From: a virus
Taxonomy: Duplodnaviria; Caudoviricetes
Virus record (IMG/VR): IMGVR_UViG_3300027983_002389
Direction: 5' to 3' (one strand)
Length of the DNA: 64,000 nucleotides
The notes beneath the pieces are model-generated. The model had not been told where the DNA came from, made no database searches, and saw nothing but the letters and a program-made list of their open reading frames with translations. A program made the translations under genes and the position numbers. Shown here piece after piece: positions 36,488-47,609 of this stretch (positions within the stretch are counted from its first letter, which is position 1; each line of letters opens with the position of its first letter).

Positions 36488-38203
36488 ATGGTGATGGCTA
36501 ACAAGAATCTTTTCAAGTCCGAGCGTGGCTCGATTGTTCCGGCAACTGACGTTCTCAACGAAGCTGGTGGTACTGCATACAATTTGACTGCAAAGCAGGC
36601 TCTTGCGCAGTACGTTTGCACTAGCTGTTTGAACGGCACCTACTACACGTCTGCCAAGACGCAACTGGACACTGTTCGTCAGTTGTTTACTGAGGTCGAG
36701 CCTGAGTTCCTTGGGCAGTTGGCTGTGTACTCGCACGAAAAGTCCTTCATGAAGGACTTGCCTGCTCTATTGGTCGCATTCCTGGCATCTGACAAGGGTG
36801 CTGGTGGTGGTCCTACTACGGCAACACAGGAGCGGAAGCTGAAGACGCTTCGTAAGGTTTTCCATCGTGTCATCGACAACGGCAACATGCTGCGCAACTT
36901 TGTGCAGATGATTCGTTCGGCGTCATTTGGTCGGAAGTCCTTTGGTGAAGTGCCTCGCAAGTTGATTCGGGACTGGTTCGACAATAAGTCTCCGGCTGGT
37001 ATTTTCTTCCAAAGCATCGGGAATAGCCCGTCACTGGCAGATATTATCAAGCTGACCAAGCCAAAGCCAAATACGCCTGAAAAGGCTGCTGTGTTGGCTT
37101 ATTTGCTGGGTGCAGAAACCGTTGAAGGCGAAGATGGCAAGTTGCTGGTTCGTCGTTATCTCGACCGTGTTGATAAGCAGGTTAAGGTTGCATACTCGCA
37201 GCCTTATTCCAATCTGCCGGAAATCATTCGTGAATACGAAGCGTGGAAAAAGGACAAGAGCCTCCCGGTTCCTGCCATCAACTTCCGTTTCTTGGACAAC
37301 GAGAAGCTGTCAACTGCTCAATGGGCAGATATTGCTTCTAAGGCAAATTGGCTTACGACCCTGAAGAACCTCAACGCATATGCCGACCACGGTGTATTCG
37401 GCGTTGAAGGCATGACTGACATGATCGCCGCACGTCTCAGCAATGCTGACGAAGTGCGTAAGGTACGGGTATTCCCATATCAGATCATGGTGGCTTACCT
37501 CGCAACCGACACGGTACTTTCGCTTCCGCCCAAGGTCCGTAATGCCATTCAAGATGCTATGGAAGTGGCATGTGAGAACGTGCCAGCATTGGGGAAGGTT
37601 AAGTTCTTCCCGGACGTTTCTGGCTCAATGAGAAGTGCAATTACGGGCGACCGTGGTTCGGCAACTTCTAAGGTTCGGTGTGTTGACGTGGCAGCACTGT
37701 TCGCAGTGGCAATGCTTCGTCGCAACCCGGAAGCGGAAGTAATTCCGTTTGAGCAGACGGTTCGTGAGCTTACTCTGAACCCTCGTGACAGCATCATGAC
37801 CAACGCCACGAAGCTCGCTTCGATTGGTGGTGGTGGAACCAATTGTTCGGCACCGCTTGCTTTGCTCAATGCAAAGAAGGATTGGTCGGCTGACGTGTTG
37901 GTTTATATTTCGGACTATGAGTCTTGGGTGGATAGCACGGGCACGGGCTACCAAGCTGGCAATGGCACAGCACTGCTCAATGAGTGGGTGAAGTACAAGA
38001 GCCACAACAAGAATGCCAAGCTGATTTGTATCGACCTGACCCCTCGTACAAATCATCAGGTCAAGGTCAAGGAACACGATGATATTCTCCAGGTCGGTGG
38101 ATTCTCTGACAACGTATTCAACGTGATCGCAAGATTCGTTGAAGGTGGTTGGTCAAAGGATTTTTGGGTCAAGGAGATTGAAAGCGTTCCACTGGATACT
38201 TAA
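36488..38203 (+). CDS. rsr: Ro60/TROVE-vWA RNA-binding protein (Rsr-like)
   Basis: NEAGG.AY, GTYY, VFPYQ...AY, vWA DVSGSM, GGGT, SD.ESW, GFSD.VF. Confidence 0.9.
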   Translation: MVMANKNLFKSERGSIVPATDVLNEAGGTAYNLTAKQALAQYVCTSCLNGTYYTSAKTQLDTVRQLFTEVEPEFLGQLAVYSHEKSFMKDLPALLVAFLASDKGAGGGPTTATQERKLKTLRKVFHRVIDNGNMLRNFVQMIRSASFGRKSFGEVPRKLIRDWFDNKSPAGIFFQSIGNSPSLADIIKLTKPKPNTPEKAAVLAYLLGAETVEGEDGKLLVRRYLDRVDKQVKVAYSQPYSNLPEIIREYEAWKKDKSLPVPAINFRFLDNEKLSTAQWADIASKANWLTTLKNLNAYADHGVFGVEGMTDMIAARLSNADEVRKVRVFPYQIMVAYLATDTVLSLPPKVRNAIQDAMEVACENVPALGKVKFFPDVSGSMRSAITGDRGSATSKVRCVDVAALFAVAMLRRNPEAEVIPFEQTVRELTLNPRDSIMTNATKLASIGGGGTNCSAPLALLNAKKDWSADVLVYISDYESWVDSTGTGYQAGNGTALLNEWVKYKSHNKNAKLICIDLTPRTNHQVKVKEHDDILQVGGFSDNVFNVIARFVEGGWSKDFWVKEIESVPLDT

Positions 38204-38216
38204 TCCAGCTAGGTTT

Positions 38217-38250
38217 TGTTGAGGACCGGGTTGCCGGTCCTCAACTTTTT
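38217..38250 (+). terminator. terminator-like hairpin
   Basis: GTTGAGGACCGG-GTTG-CCGGTCCTCAAC-TTTTT. Confidence 0.75.
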
Positions 38251-38372
38251 GGCGGGTAGCTCAATGGTAGAGCAAAAGTAAAAACAAATCTAAGCGATAT
38301 TTGGGCTTCGGCCATGCAGTTTGGATTACATTAACCAACTTTAGGTTGTGTGTTCGATTCACACCCCGCCAG
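38250..38372 (+). ncRNA. Y-RNA-like tRNA mimic, copy 2 (adjacent to Ro60)
   Basis: TGGCGGG/CCCGCCA-G; AAAGT/ACTTT encloses the stem shared with 14791. Confidence 0.72.
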
Positions 38373-38405
38373 CTTCCAGCAGACAAATAACAAATAAGGT
38401 GATAT

Positions 38406-38522
38406 ATGGCCAAAGGCAACAACGCACAGAAGAACGATAAGAAAGACAAAAAGCAATCCAAGAACTCCAAGAAGTCGGCTGTAACTCAGCCTACTGTCAT
38501 TGGTAAGTCTAAGGGGAAGTAA
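38406..38522 (+). CDS. 38-aa lysine-rich small protein
   Basis: AAGGTGA SD; MAKGNNAQKNDKKDKK...; TAATG coupling to the next gene. Confidence 0.6.
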   Translation: MAKGNNAQKNDKKDKKQSKNSKKSAVTQPTVIGKSKGK

Positions 38523-38750
38523 TGCCGAAAAGGACAAAACATCCTGACGGCTCATTGTGTCTTGACGGAATTCGCAGCACTCGTCGCAATAAACAAGTTT
38601 GTTGCGACGATTTTTACTTCCGAACTGCAACTTGTGTTTACGACATTAGGTATCAGTGGTATAATCGTCACAAGACGTGGGGCATTCCTGTATGTGATGG
38701 CGGGAGTAGCTTCATTACCATAACCTTCTGTCCACACTGCGGAGCTAAAT

Positions 38751-39641
38751 GTGATCCCCGTCAAAGACGACAAACTCCGTCCAGTCCTGGCTGCAATGAC
38801 CGGGACCAGAGCCGAAGGCTTGCTTAGGTTTCACGACGATCATATCGGCGAAATCTTATCGGCAAAAGGATCATCGGGCGGTAATCACCAATCATGGAGT
38901 GGTGGTTTGCACGATCATCTTGTGCATTGTTTTGTTTTAGCACAAGACCTCTACAAGCTATTTCATCAGCGAATCGGCCCTGGTCCTCATGCCGGGCAAA
39001 TGCTCAATGGCGTATACGATAAACGCCCCATCCCGTTTTCGCTCGAAAGCGCCCTCGTGGTGCTATATTTTCACGATATAGAGAAAATATTCAAATACGG
39101 GAACAAACCAAATCGTTATCCTGAGCGACTCATTGAGTCTAAGGACGCTTGGTATCTTGGTATTTTGCCAACAAAATACAATATATCATTTGATGAGCAA
39201 GAATATAACGCCTTGAAGTACGCTCACGGAGAAGGTGACGATCATCGAAAAGATCAGCGAGTTGCCAGTCCATTAGCTGGTTTTATTCATGCCATTGATT
39301 ATCTCTCTGCACGAGTGCTTTGGCAGATCAAAGATTTTGACTATGGCTTGGTCCCAAGAAAAGAACTGCCCACAACAGTTCAGAATCTCCGACGATTACT
39401 GGCAAGGCCGTGCATGGATTGGGCGGCGTATGCCACTTGCTGCAAGGCTGTTGGCAAACGAGTCAAGTACACCGGAACTAATGGTGATGAATTTGACAAG
39501 ACCAATCATGGTCTATTCGTTGAAGGAGAAGGACTTTGCATAGAACAACATGACAGTCATGGCTTGTGCATTATTGTTCAACACGATGATCGCACCACCA
39601 TTTGCGTAGACCCGATTTCTGTTGTAATTCTTGGTGAATAA
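38751..39641 (+). CDS. HD-domain protein
   Basis: HQ.W.GGL.DH, YFHDIEK, YAHGE, IH.ID. Confidence 0.7.
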   Translation: MIPVKDDKLRPVLAAMTGTRAEGLLRFHDDHIGEILSAKGSSGGNHQSWSGGLHDHLVHCFVLAQDLYKLFHQRIGPGPHAGQMLNGVYDKRPIPFSLESALVVLYFHDIEKIFKYGNKPNRYPERLIESKDAWYLGILPTKYNISFDEQEYNALKYAHGEGDDHRKDQRVASPLAGFIHAIDYLSARVLWQIKDFDYGLVPRKELPTTVQNLRRLLARPCMDWAAYATCCKAVGKRVKYTGTNGDEFDKTNHGLFVEGEGLCIEQHDSHGLCIIVQHDDRTTICVDPISVVILGE

Positions 39642-40096
39642 TAATGTTCAAGATGAAACATGATTCTTTCGTGTATGTTGATGGTGCGAAACGCATCGGC
39701 GAGTGTCGCTATGATACCATTGCTACTGTTGATTCACGTTGGATTGTTGCATTCACTGAATTGCTCAAGAATCCCGGACCTAGTGTCACAAATGCCATAG
39801 AGTATATTGTTCCTCAATTTTGTAGGTTTAGTAGCCTTACGCTTGATGAGGTAACTTTTATTGAAAGATACCAATCACATCCAGATGATTTGGATGTGAT
39901 TCACTACAGACCCGATGGCTCGACGAGTTGGAGTAGGCTTCCTAAAGATCAGGCTCGGCCAATTTTGGAGCTTCTGTGAGAGGCAAAATTTGTGAATATA
40001 AGACATGATGCCAGATGATTTGTAAATTTACGGAGGGAGAGATTTGATTTACAGTCATCATAAATCGTGGTAGAATCCCTTTGAAGGGAACATAAA

Positions 40097-40621
40097 ATGA
40101 AACACAGCGATCCAGAAGGTTGTATGTGCGCCAGGTGTGCGGCTATTGCCGCAGGCATGACGCCGGAAGAAGCGACTGCTGCTCAGACCGATTGGGAAAT
40201 CAAGGCGTTGGGCGAACGTGGTTTTTACGTTCACTACGTTAATGGCGATGATTCGTCTCCGACGAACTTCAATGCCCATACGCACGGGATGCAGGAATTT
40301 GACAACCATCTGGATTTCCAGCTTGTCGTCCCTTTGCCCCCTGATTCGGTTCACAACATCATTTGCACACTTGCCGAACGAGTGAAGTCTGGCGAACGAT
40401 TTGTGTCTGGCCAAAAGCTGGACGAAATTATTCGAGGCTTTGAAGTCAAGTTAATCGAGGCTCCAGAAGACAACCGTAAGGTTCTTCGGATCATTCTGCC
40501 TGACCCGGACGGTAAATTGGAACCTGAAGACATTAACGAACAATACGCCGTCCAATATAAAGATGTTGAGGGAGTCACGCTTCCAAAACGTCCTTGGGTG
40601 GCTTACAAGCCAAAGCGGTAG
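40097..40621 (+). CDS. hypothetical protein (DUF4262-like)
   Basis: NAHTHGM, LRIILPD.DG; promoter TTTACA-17-TAGAAT at 40048-40076. Confidence 0.6.
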   Translation: MKHSDPEGCMCARCAAIAAGMTPEEATAAQTDWEIKALGERGFYVHYVNGDDSSPTNFNAHTHGMQEFDNHLDFQLVVPLPPDSVHNIICTLAERVKSGERFVSGQKLDEIIRGFEVKLIEAPEDNRKVLRIILPDPDGKLEPEDINEQYAVQYKDVEGVTLPKRPWVAYKPKR

Positions 40622-40927
40622 AACAATGCAAGAAGACCCTCGCAATGTTGGATGGGTGTGTCCTGACCATACTCCCAAGCCTGACTCACAGTATCTTGAT
40701 AAACCACTGGATTGGTTTATTGGGAAAAACTGCAAGCTGGGTTTTCCAACGGGTCGCACCGAAGCTCCGTTTACTGAGTTCATGTGGGTTTATGTCACAG
40801 GTCAGAAAAAAGATTTGCTTGTCGGTAAGTTGAACAACGATCCTTTATTCGTCGAAGACTACAAAGATGGCGATGGCGTAGCTTTTGAGCGAAATGAGAT
40901 TTGTGCCGTTGATGGGGAAGTTGCTCA

Positions 40928-41518
40928 ATGAGTGCAATAGTTGACTTTTATCGAGACGAAGCCGCTTGGGATAAAACCAAGCCCGTCAACCCAAGTGGTT
41001 ATACCCACTTTGATATTGTTCGCAATTGGACTGATAATGAGTGGGAGGGCGTACATGACTTCATTCAGTGGATTTTTCCATTGAATGAAGCGTCTTCATT
41101 CAATGCTGATGCCCCTTTGTTGACTGACGATGACATTGCTCTTTTTCGAGCCGACGATGAATTGAAACAGGCGTTATTTCTTTCATTTCATCGGTTTCTT
41201 CGTTTTTTGGGTTTGCGTTGTCGTTACGACCAGACGACAAACAAATGGTTGACAACCTCCGTGACTGCTAACGAGAATGGCATAGGAGATGAATTTTTCA
41301 CCAAAAAAGAAGTCGAAGAAAAACAAAAAGTGTGGGCATATCCAAACCATAATTGGTTAAGGATTACACGTTGCCTCCACAGTTTGCGACTCTTGGGTTT
41401 AGAGTACGCTGCTGAATCTTTTTTTGACGAACTGTGTAATTTGTACAACTCGAATCGAGGCATCACGCCCAATACTTTTCAGTATTGGCAAGAGGCCGCA
41501 CAAGGAGGGCTAGAATGA
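40928..41518 (+). CDS. opioid growth factor receptor (OGFr_N)-like protein
   Basis: E..HDFIQW.FPL.E.S.FN..AP, NHN.LRITR.L.SL.LLG. Confidence 0.8.
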   Translation: MSAIVDFYRDEAAWDKTKPVNPSGYTHFDIVRNWTDNEWEGVHDFIQWIFPLNEASSFNADAPLLTDDDIALFRADDELKQALFLSFHRFLRFLGLRCRYDQTTNKWLTTSVTANENGIGDEFFTKKEVEEKQKVWAYPNHNWLRITRCLHSLRLLGLEYAAESFFDELCNLYNSNRGITPNTFQYWQEAAQGGLE

Positions 41519-43308
41519 ACATACTGCGTGATGTTGTGACTGAATGCGATGAAATTCCTATTCAGGAAATAGGGAATGAATTGAAGCCGGGTATGACCAA
41601 AGTGTTTTTCCCCGCTGAAACAAAGCGTTACGTTCATGTCAGTCGTAGTGCCATTATTCACAATACGAAGAATGGTCGTAATCATCCGACCATCCTAGTT
41701 GTGGACCAGAATGGCAACAAACTGGCATTTCATGCTGTTGTCCTGCGAGGACCAGCCGCTCTCAAGTTCTCATTGAATGAACCTGGGATTGATGCAAATG
41801 CTTTCCTTGTCACCAAGGCGGGCATTGAAGCCTACACTGATCCATCTGGTGATGCGCCGGTGAAAGAAGTTCCTTTGTTTGGCGAACTGCCTACTGATAA
41901 AGAACCTTTCTCTTTAGGTAGAAATCTTGTGCGAGCCGCTCGATCATCCAAGTTGGGTGTTTGGCGATTCTTTGCACGGTTTTCTTTGCCATCTTGTTAG
42001 TGGGAGTAACATGCGAAAGTTAAACGATAGTCTGAAGTTCAATGAGGGTGAAGAACCCGAAAATGATAGACCGAATATTCATTTTGCTACTGACGGCAAA
42101 GGTTGTTGGTGGAAGACTGAATACAAACGACAATGCCCTGAAGGGGTATTCTTGCGTGGTCGCTGTCAGGGAGTCGAAGGACACAAGGGGGTTCACTGGA
42201 GCTTCAATGCTCAAGGACATTTTTGTTACGACGACAATGATGCCGATCCCAGCGAAGGCGGTTGTTCTGGCAGCATCCCGCCAGATCACAAAAGTTATCA
42301 CACGCCATTGGAAATGGCAGACCACTATTACATGAGTCACAATACTCATGGAGAGATCACCGACCCGGCAGAGATTGCTCGGCTAGAAGCCGATGATGTT
42401 CGGCATGGCGACTCCATTAGTCGTCCTTGTGATTTGTCGAAAATGTCTCCTGAGTACGCAGCAGAGTTGAAGAGGCGTTCGGACGAATACAAAGAAAACA
42501 AACCGAAGCGACAAAAGCCTTGGTGGGCTTTTTGGCGTGCAGAAAAACCAAAGATCGACTAACTTCCTTTTCAGAGAAAGATCACAATGTTTGATTTCCT
42601 CAAGAATACATTCTTGAACCGTGGTCGATACAAGACGCATTCTGAGGCAGTCATTGTGTCATGTTTCTACAATCCTCAGAATAGTCCTTATCGACTTCTG
42701 GCTTTCCAGAAGTGGTATCACAGCATCAAACATCTGAACTATCGGATTATTGAATGTCTGATTGGACCTGATGCTAAGTCGCAACTCCCGGATGAGTGGA
42801 CAAAGATCGGCAAGGTCAGGGATATTGGACGGACTTTCTTGATAAGGCCCACGAGATGAATCCGTGGGAGGCAACTTACGTCGAGAATACGTTGAATCCC
42901 ATCCTTGCCACATCCCTCATCCGACATGGATGGATGCCGGTTCCGGGTGCATATCCAGAATCCTTCTTCATGCCGAAAGATTCGGCGAAGTATTTCGATC
43001 AGCAGTTTTTACAACAGAAGTTTTCCAAAAGAAATGTCTATTGAAACACCAACTTGCATGGGTTGTTTTGTGAATAATCCATTTTCGCCATTTTCGCTTC
43101 CTTATGGTTCGGTTGAAAAGCCCGGTTTAACTACCGAAGAAAAGTTGTGCCTCCAACATTTGGCTGATGCTTGGCAGTTGTTTTTCAACCTTGTCAGAAA
43201 GCATCCAGATGACGACAAAGAATTTCAAACAGCAATACACGACGCACAAAAGTTGATTGCTTTGCGTGTGGCTCGCCGAGTGAACCTAGACGTTTGGATA
43301 CAGCCTGA

Positions 43309-43800
43309 ATGAGAGTAATATCTGGCGGTCAAAACGGTGCAGACCAAGCTGGATTGCGTGCTGCCAAGGAATGTGGACTTCAAACTGGAGGATGGTTGCC
43401 TAAAGGCTGCAAAACACTTGATGGTCCACAACCAGACCTATTGACAGAATATGGGATGAAAGAGCATACTAGCTCTCTCTACCCGCCCAGGACTGAGGCC
43501 AACGTCAAGGATAGTTGTGGAACCATACGATTCGCCAGGACGTTTTCATCTGCCGGAGAGAAGTGTACTCTTCGAGCGATAAAGTGGTTTAATCGTCCAT
43601 ATTTGAACGTGGATATAAATAAGCCAATAGATAAACAGGAAGTATTGTCTTGGCTTAAAGAACATGATATTAAGACACTTAACATTGCTGGGAATTCTGA
43701 GGAGACAGCCCCTGGTATTGGTGAGTTCGTCTACAAGTATCTCGTGGCTGTTTTTTCCGTCGTAAAAAATGGGCTTGACACCACGAGCGACAAGGAGTAA
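43309..43800 (+). CDS. SLOG family (putative molybdenum-carrier-like) protein
   Basis: ISGGQNGAD.A.L.AA, TGGW.PKG, RT..NV.DS.GT, LNIAG. Confidence 0.85.
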   Translation: MRVISGGQNGADQAGLRAAKECGLQTGGWLPKGCKTLDGPQPDLLTEYGMKEHTSSLYPPRTEANVKDSCGTIRFARTFSSAGEKCTLRAIKWFNRPYLNVDINKPIDKQEVLSWLKEHDIKTLNIAGNSEETAPGIGEFVYKYLVAVFSVVKNGLDTTSDKE

Positions 43801-43849
43801 AAAGATGTTGGAAAAGTCTGTTTTCGACCCCACCCCAAAGGAAGACCCA

Positions 43850-44107
43850 ATGAGTGTTGCTACTGCAAAGACCTCGACCCAAACTCAACAGCAAAAGACC
43901 TGTCCGGTTCAAGGCTCAGTTGAGCAACTGAGTGCCACATCTGAAACGTGCGAAAGCACCGAATGTTGTGAGAATACACTTTGCCAGGAATCCGTCCGAG
44001 AACGGGCGTATTTGCTTTGGGAAAAGTCTGGCTACCCAATCGGCGATGGCGTGGATTTCTGGATCACCGCCGAGCAAGAACTGTTGGCCGAAGCCACCGC
44101 CGAGTAA
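43850..44107 (+). CDS. DUF2934 domain protein
   Basis: VRERAY.LWE..G.P.G....FW..AE.EL. Confidence 0.8.
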   Translation: MSVATAKTSTQTQQQKTCPVQGSVEQLSATSETCESTECCENTLCQESVRERAYLLWEKSGYPIGDGVDFWITAEQELLAEATAE

Positions 44108-44125
44108 TGGCCTGCCTTGATCGTT

Positions 44126-44163
44126 AAGGCAGGGTTTAGCAATGGCTAAACCCTGCCTTTTTT
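44126..44163 (+). terminator. intrinsic terminator
   Basis: AAGGCAGGGTTTAGC-AATG-GCTAAACCCTGCCTTTTTT. Confidence 0.85.
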
Positions 44164-44487
44164 CGTTTTACAAATTAACAGGCTGCGTGGTATAATCGTT
44201 CTGGTATTCCTCTGGTTGGTTTCTCGAAACATCAAGTCGGAAACCTCAGATGATTGGCGGAAAAAAGGCGATCCTCCTCGTATTGAGATCAACATGGAAC
44301 CTTGGCAATGGTTGTTTTTCTTTAATTTCCCCTGTCTTTTCTTGAATTTGATCGGCATCTATATATCGATATTTCAATAAACGACAAGAAAATAGCGAAT
44401 AGATGCTACTGGTTCAACACGGCGTCTCTGGCCTTAACGATTGGGAACATACTGTCGAATTCTTTTTCTTTGGTTGCTACATAGGGG

Positions 44488-44835
44488 ATGGGCAAGAATG
44501 ATAAATTAGTTGAAGGGCTGCACTACTACATTGACGAAAGAGGCAAGTGGGTATTTACCTCGTATTTTCTTCTGAATCGTGGGTACTGCTGTCGAAACGG
44601 CTGTCTTCATTGTCCATATGGTGTTAATATGAAAATCGAACCGGGCCAATACATCTGGAGGTCAAAAGAGACAGATTTTCCAGTAACAGTTATTGAGTCC
44701 ATCGGCAAAGGCCCGGACGGGCGTTCCTATGTGAAGATCGCTGATAGCACCACTGCTGTACCTGCTGATGAACTCATAAAGGTTCCTAATGTGGCGCAAG
44801 CATCACGACGACCCCAATCGAAGAGACTCTTTTGA
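44488..44835 (+). CDS. DUF5522-like Cys-rich protein
   Basis: YY...G..VFT..FLL.RGYCC.NGC.HCPY. Confidence 0.75.
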   Translation: MGKNDKLVEGLHYYIDERGKWVFTSYFLLNRGYCCRNGCLHCPYGVNMKIEPGQYIWRSKETDFPVTVIESIGKGPDGRSYVKIADSTTAVPADELIKVPNVAQASRRPQSKRLF

Positions 44836-44947
44836 CGATCTTGTGATTGGCAGTCTGCTTATCATTGTTCTTATATTGCTTGGGCTTATGTGATGTTAAC
44901 GATGATGGCAATCACTCGTATTCATCCCGTGTAGGCTATATAACATC

Positions 44948-45364
44948 ATGAAAAGGATATGCACATTCAGTCAATTCATGATCTTGAAAGAAGATGATCG
45001 CCGCACTGGTAGCAAAACGGGACTGTACCCGATGGGCTATGGTGGCATTGGTCTATACCCTGACGCAGATGTGATTACTCATTCTGCTGATGCGGTTTTT
45101 TATCTTTCAGTGGACAAACGATTGTTCAAAAATGGAGATGCAGCACCTTTCTGCATCACTCATTTGCCAGGACATAAACAATATGGCGACGGGGTAAATT
45201 CTGGCGAAACTGGTTTATTTGATATTAGTCATCTCCCTAGTGATGATGTGGTTCCGAAGGACAACCCCTTGCCGGGCAAATCCATGCCTTTCAAAAGTTT
45301 TGTAAAGTTGGTAGAAAAGCCAAAAGAAATTTCTCCACCGGATTCCCCGAACCTTCCCAAGTAG
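44948..45364 (+). CDS. hypothetical, possible virion-packaged protein
   Basis: N-terminal TFSQFM.LKE; GLYP repeats. Confidence 0.6.
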   Translation: MKRICTFSQFMILKEDDRRTGSKTGLYPMGYGGIGLYPDADVITHSADAVFYLSVDKRLFKNGDAAPFCITHLPGHKQYGDGVNSGETGLFDISHLPSDDVVPKDNPLPGKSMPFKSFVKLVEKPKEISPPDSPNLPK

Positions 45365-45746
45365 TCAAGGGTCTAGTCATGCAACGGAAACCAATTGCCA
45401 CTTATTGCAAACAACAAGTGGCGGGCTGGGTGCGTCTTCCAGATTTCATGACTGCTGCTTTCCCAGGACAAGAACAATACTCTTGCAGTTTTCTTCGTCA
45501 AGAAGATGGCGTACAACTTGTTGCCTCAGTAAAGGACTTGAATACACTCAACACAATCCATGTATCTTTAGCCCCAATTCGAGATTGTCGCAAAGATTGG
45601 ACCGACGAAGAACACAGCGGCCACATATTCGATGTTGCTGCTGAAGTAGTCGAATCTTTCTTTCCTGATCGTCGGTTCGCTCGTCAGCCAGATGATCCCC
45701 GCAGACCACAAGTGAAGCATTACTTTGCTGTTTTGGAGGCCCATGA

Positions 45747-47381
45747 ATGATCTACGAAAACACAAACAATACCACCTTCGTCACTACGGCGATTGATTAT
45801 CCCAATGCCTTGCCGCATATCGGCACTGCTTTCGAGAAGATCGGAGCCGATGTCTACGCACGCTTCCGACGATTCCAAGGTCGTGACGTTATTTTCTCGA
45901 TGGGCAATGACGAGAATACCGTCAAGGTTCTCAAAGCAGCTAAAGAGGCAGGGCAAGAGCCAAAGCCTTATGTTGATGACATGGCAAAGGCATTCAAAGA
46001 GGTTTGGGGACAACTCAACATCTCTTATGATGACTTCATTCAAACTAGCGAGGATCGCCATTGGTTGGGCGTACAGCGATTCTTACGAGCAGTCAACGCT
46101 GCTGGATATATCCAGAAGCGTCCATACAAGGCTTTGTATTGCGAGGGCTGTGAAGAGTTCAAGAGTCCAAACAGTCTGGACTACGCAAAGCGTTGCCCTA
46201 ATCACACCGATTCGCCGCTTGTTGAACGAGAGGAAGAGAATTACTTCTTCCTTTTGTCGGCGTTCAAGCAACGTGTTGCCGATTTGATTTATCCGACTCC
46301 GTTTTCGACAATGTTTTTGAGTGTCGAGCCTGAATCTCGATATAACGAAGTCACAAACTTCATCAATACGGACCTGACTGATATTTCAATCAGTCGTCGC
46401 AATGAAGGTTGGGGCATTCCTATTCCTTGGGATGACACTCAAGCCACATACGTTTGGTTCGATGCTCTATTGAACTATTTGACGGTGATTGGATTCGGCG
46501 ATGATTGGGAGAAATTCCATAAGTATTGGCCTGCTGAAGTTCATTTCATCGGCAAGGATATTACTCGATTCCACTGTGCTTTGTTTCCAGCAATGTGTAT
46601 GGCGTACAACGAAGGCTGCGACAAGTTGGGTGAGCCTCAGTATAAGCTGGAAGGTTATCCGCAGCGTGTTTTTGCGCATGGCTTCGTCAATCAGAAGAAA
46701 GGCAATCAGGTTATCAAGGTTTCCAAGAGTGGAGAATCTATTCGTCCAATGGAACTGATCGAACAGTTCGGTTCTGATGCGTATAGATATTATTTCCTGT
46801 CGAAGTTCAACTACGATACGGATGGCGATTACAGTTTGGAACATTTCAAAGACGTGTATAATTCTGATCTCGCCAACTCCTTGGGTAACCTTGTGAGTCG
46901 TACCGTGGGTATGAGCTTGCAGTATTTCGACGGAAAGATTCCAGCTATTGCCGCTGAAGGACAATTGTGGTTCAACGAGCAGGTTGCGACCGAGTACGAA
47001 CAGTTCATTGTTGAATGCTGTTCATTCCGTCATGCCATTGAAATGACATGGAAGATCATCTTTGAAGCCAACAAGCTGATCGCAGACTCAAAGCCTTGGG
47101 AGTTGATTAAGTTGCCGGGTAACACCTGTGGTCAGGTATTGGGGCAGCTTGCTGGTGGCTTGAGGATCATCAGTCTATTGATCCGACCTTTCACTCCAAC
47201 GGTAGCCGAGAAGATTTACACGACATTCCAATGGGCTGAAGGTTGGAATGAAGTTGATTGGGAGTTCGCAAAGAAGTTGGCAGCAAACAATTTCCTGGGA
47301 CTCGAAAATGGTATTGTCTTCAACAGAAATGTTTTGGATGATGCTGGTAAGTTTCCAGTGCTTTTTCCGAGAGTGAATTAA
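45747..47381 (+). CDS. metG: methionyl-tRNA synthetase
   Basis: TTAIDYPN..PHIG, YVWFDALLNY, IGKDI.RFH, KVSKS, DLAN.LGNLVSR. Confidence 0.95.
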   Translation: MIYENTNNTTFVTTAIDYPNALPHIGTAFEKIGADVYARFRRFQGRDVIFSMGNDENTVKVLKAAKEAGQEPKPYVDDMAKAFKEVWGQLNISYDDFIQTSEDRHWLGVQRFLRAVNAAGYIQKRPYKALYCEGCEEFKSPNSLDYAKRCPNHTDSPLVEREEENYFFLLSAFKQRVADLIYPTPFSTMFLSVEPESRYNEVTNFINTDLTDISISRRNEGWGIPIPWDDTQATYVWFDALLNYLTVIGFGDDWEKFHKYWPAEVHFIGKDITRFHCALFPAMCMAYNEGCDKLGEPQYKLEGYPQRVFAHGFVNQKKGNQVIKVSKSGESIRPMELIEQFGSDAYRYYFLSKFNYDTDGDYSLEHFKDVYNSDLANSLGNLVSRTVGMSLQYFDGKIPAIAAEGQLWFNEQVATEYEQFIVECCSFRHAIEMTWKIIFEANKLIADSKPWELIKLPGNTCGQVLGQLAGGLRIISLLIRPFTPTVAEKIYTTFQWAEGWNEVDWEFAKKLAANNFLGLENGIVFNRNVLDDAGKFPVLFPRVN

Positions 47382-47609
47382 AGCGATGAGATGGATGTTT
47401 TTTCTTGGAGCGGCCATTGGGTTTTGGGCGGGCTATGTGTTCGCTCGAACGTCGTGGCATCAACGATGGTATGCTCAATGGTATGAGGGCTTTTTGTATG
47501 GAGCCATCATAGCGATTGTGGTAGCAGCAGGATATTTTTTTATTGTAAAGAAATCAAATTAACTTGTCGGGTTGAGAAATGTGCCTTCCATTGGCACGTA
47601 TAATGCAAC

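Noticed and set aside
42587-43044. Intact enzyme gene
   Set aside because: Short overlapping ORFs that look like fused fragments; no function supportable.
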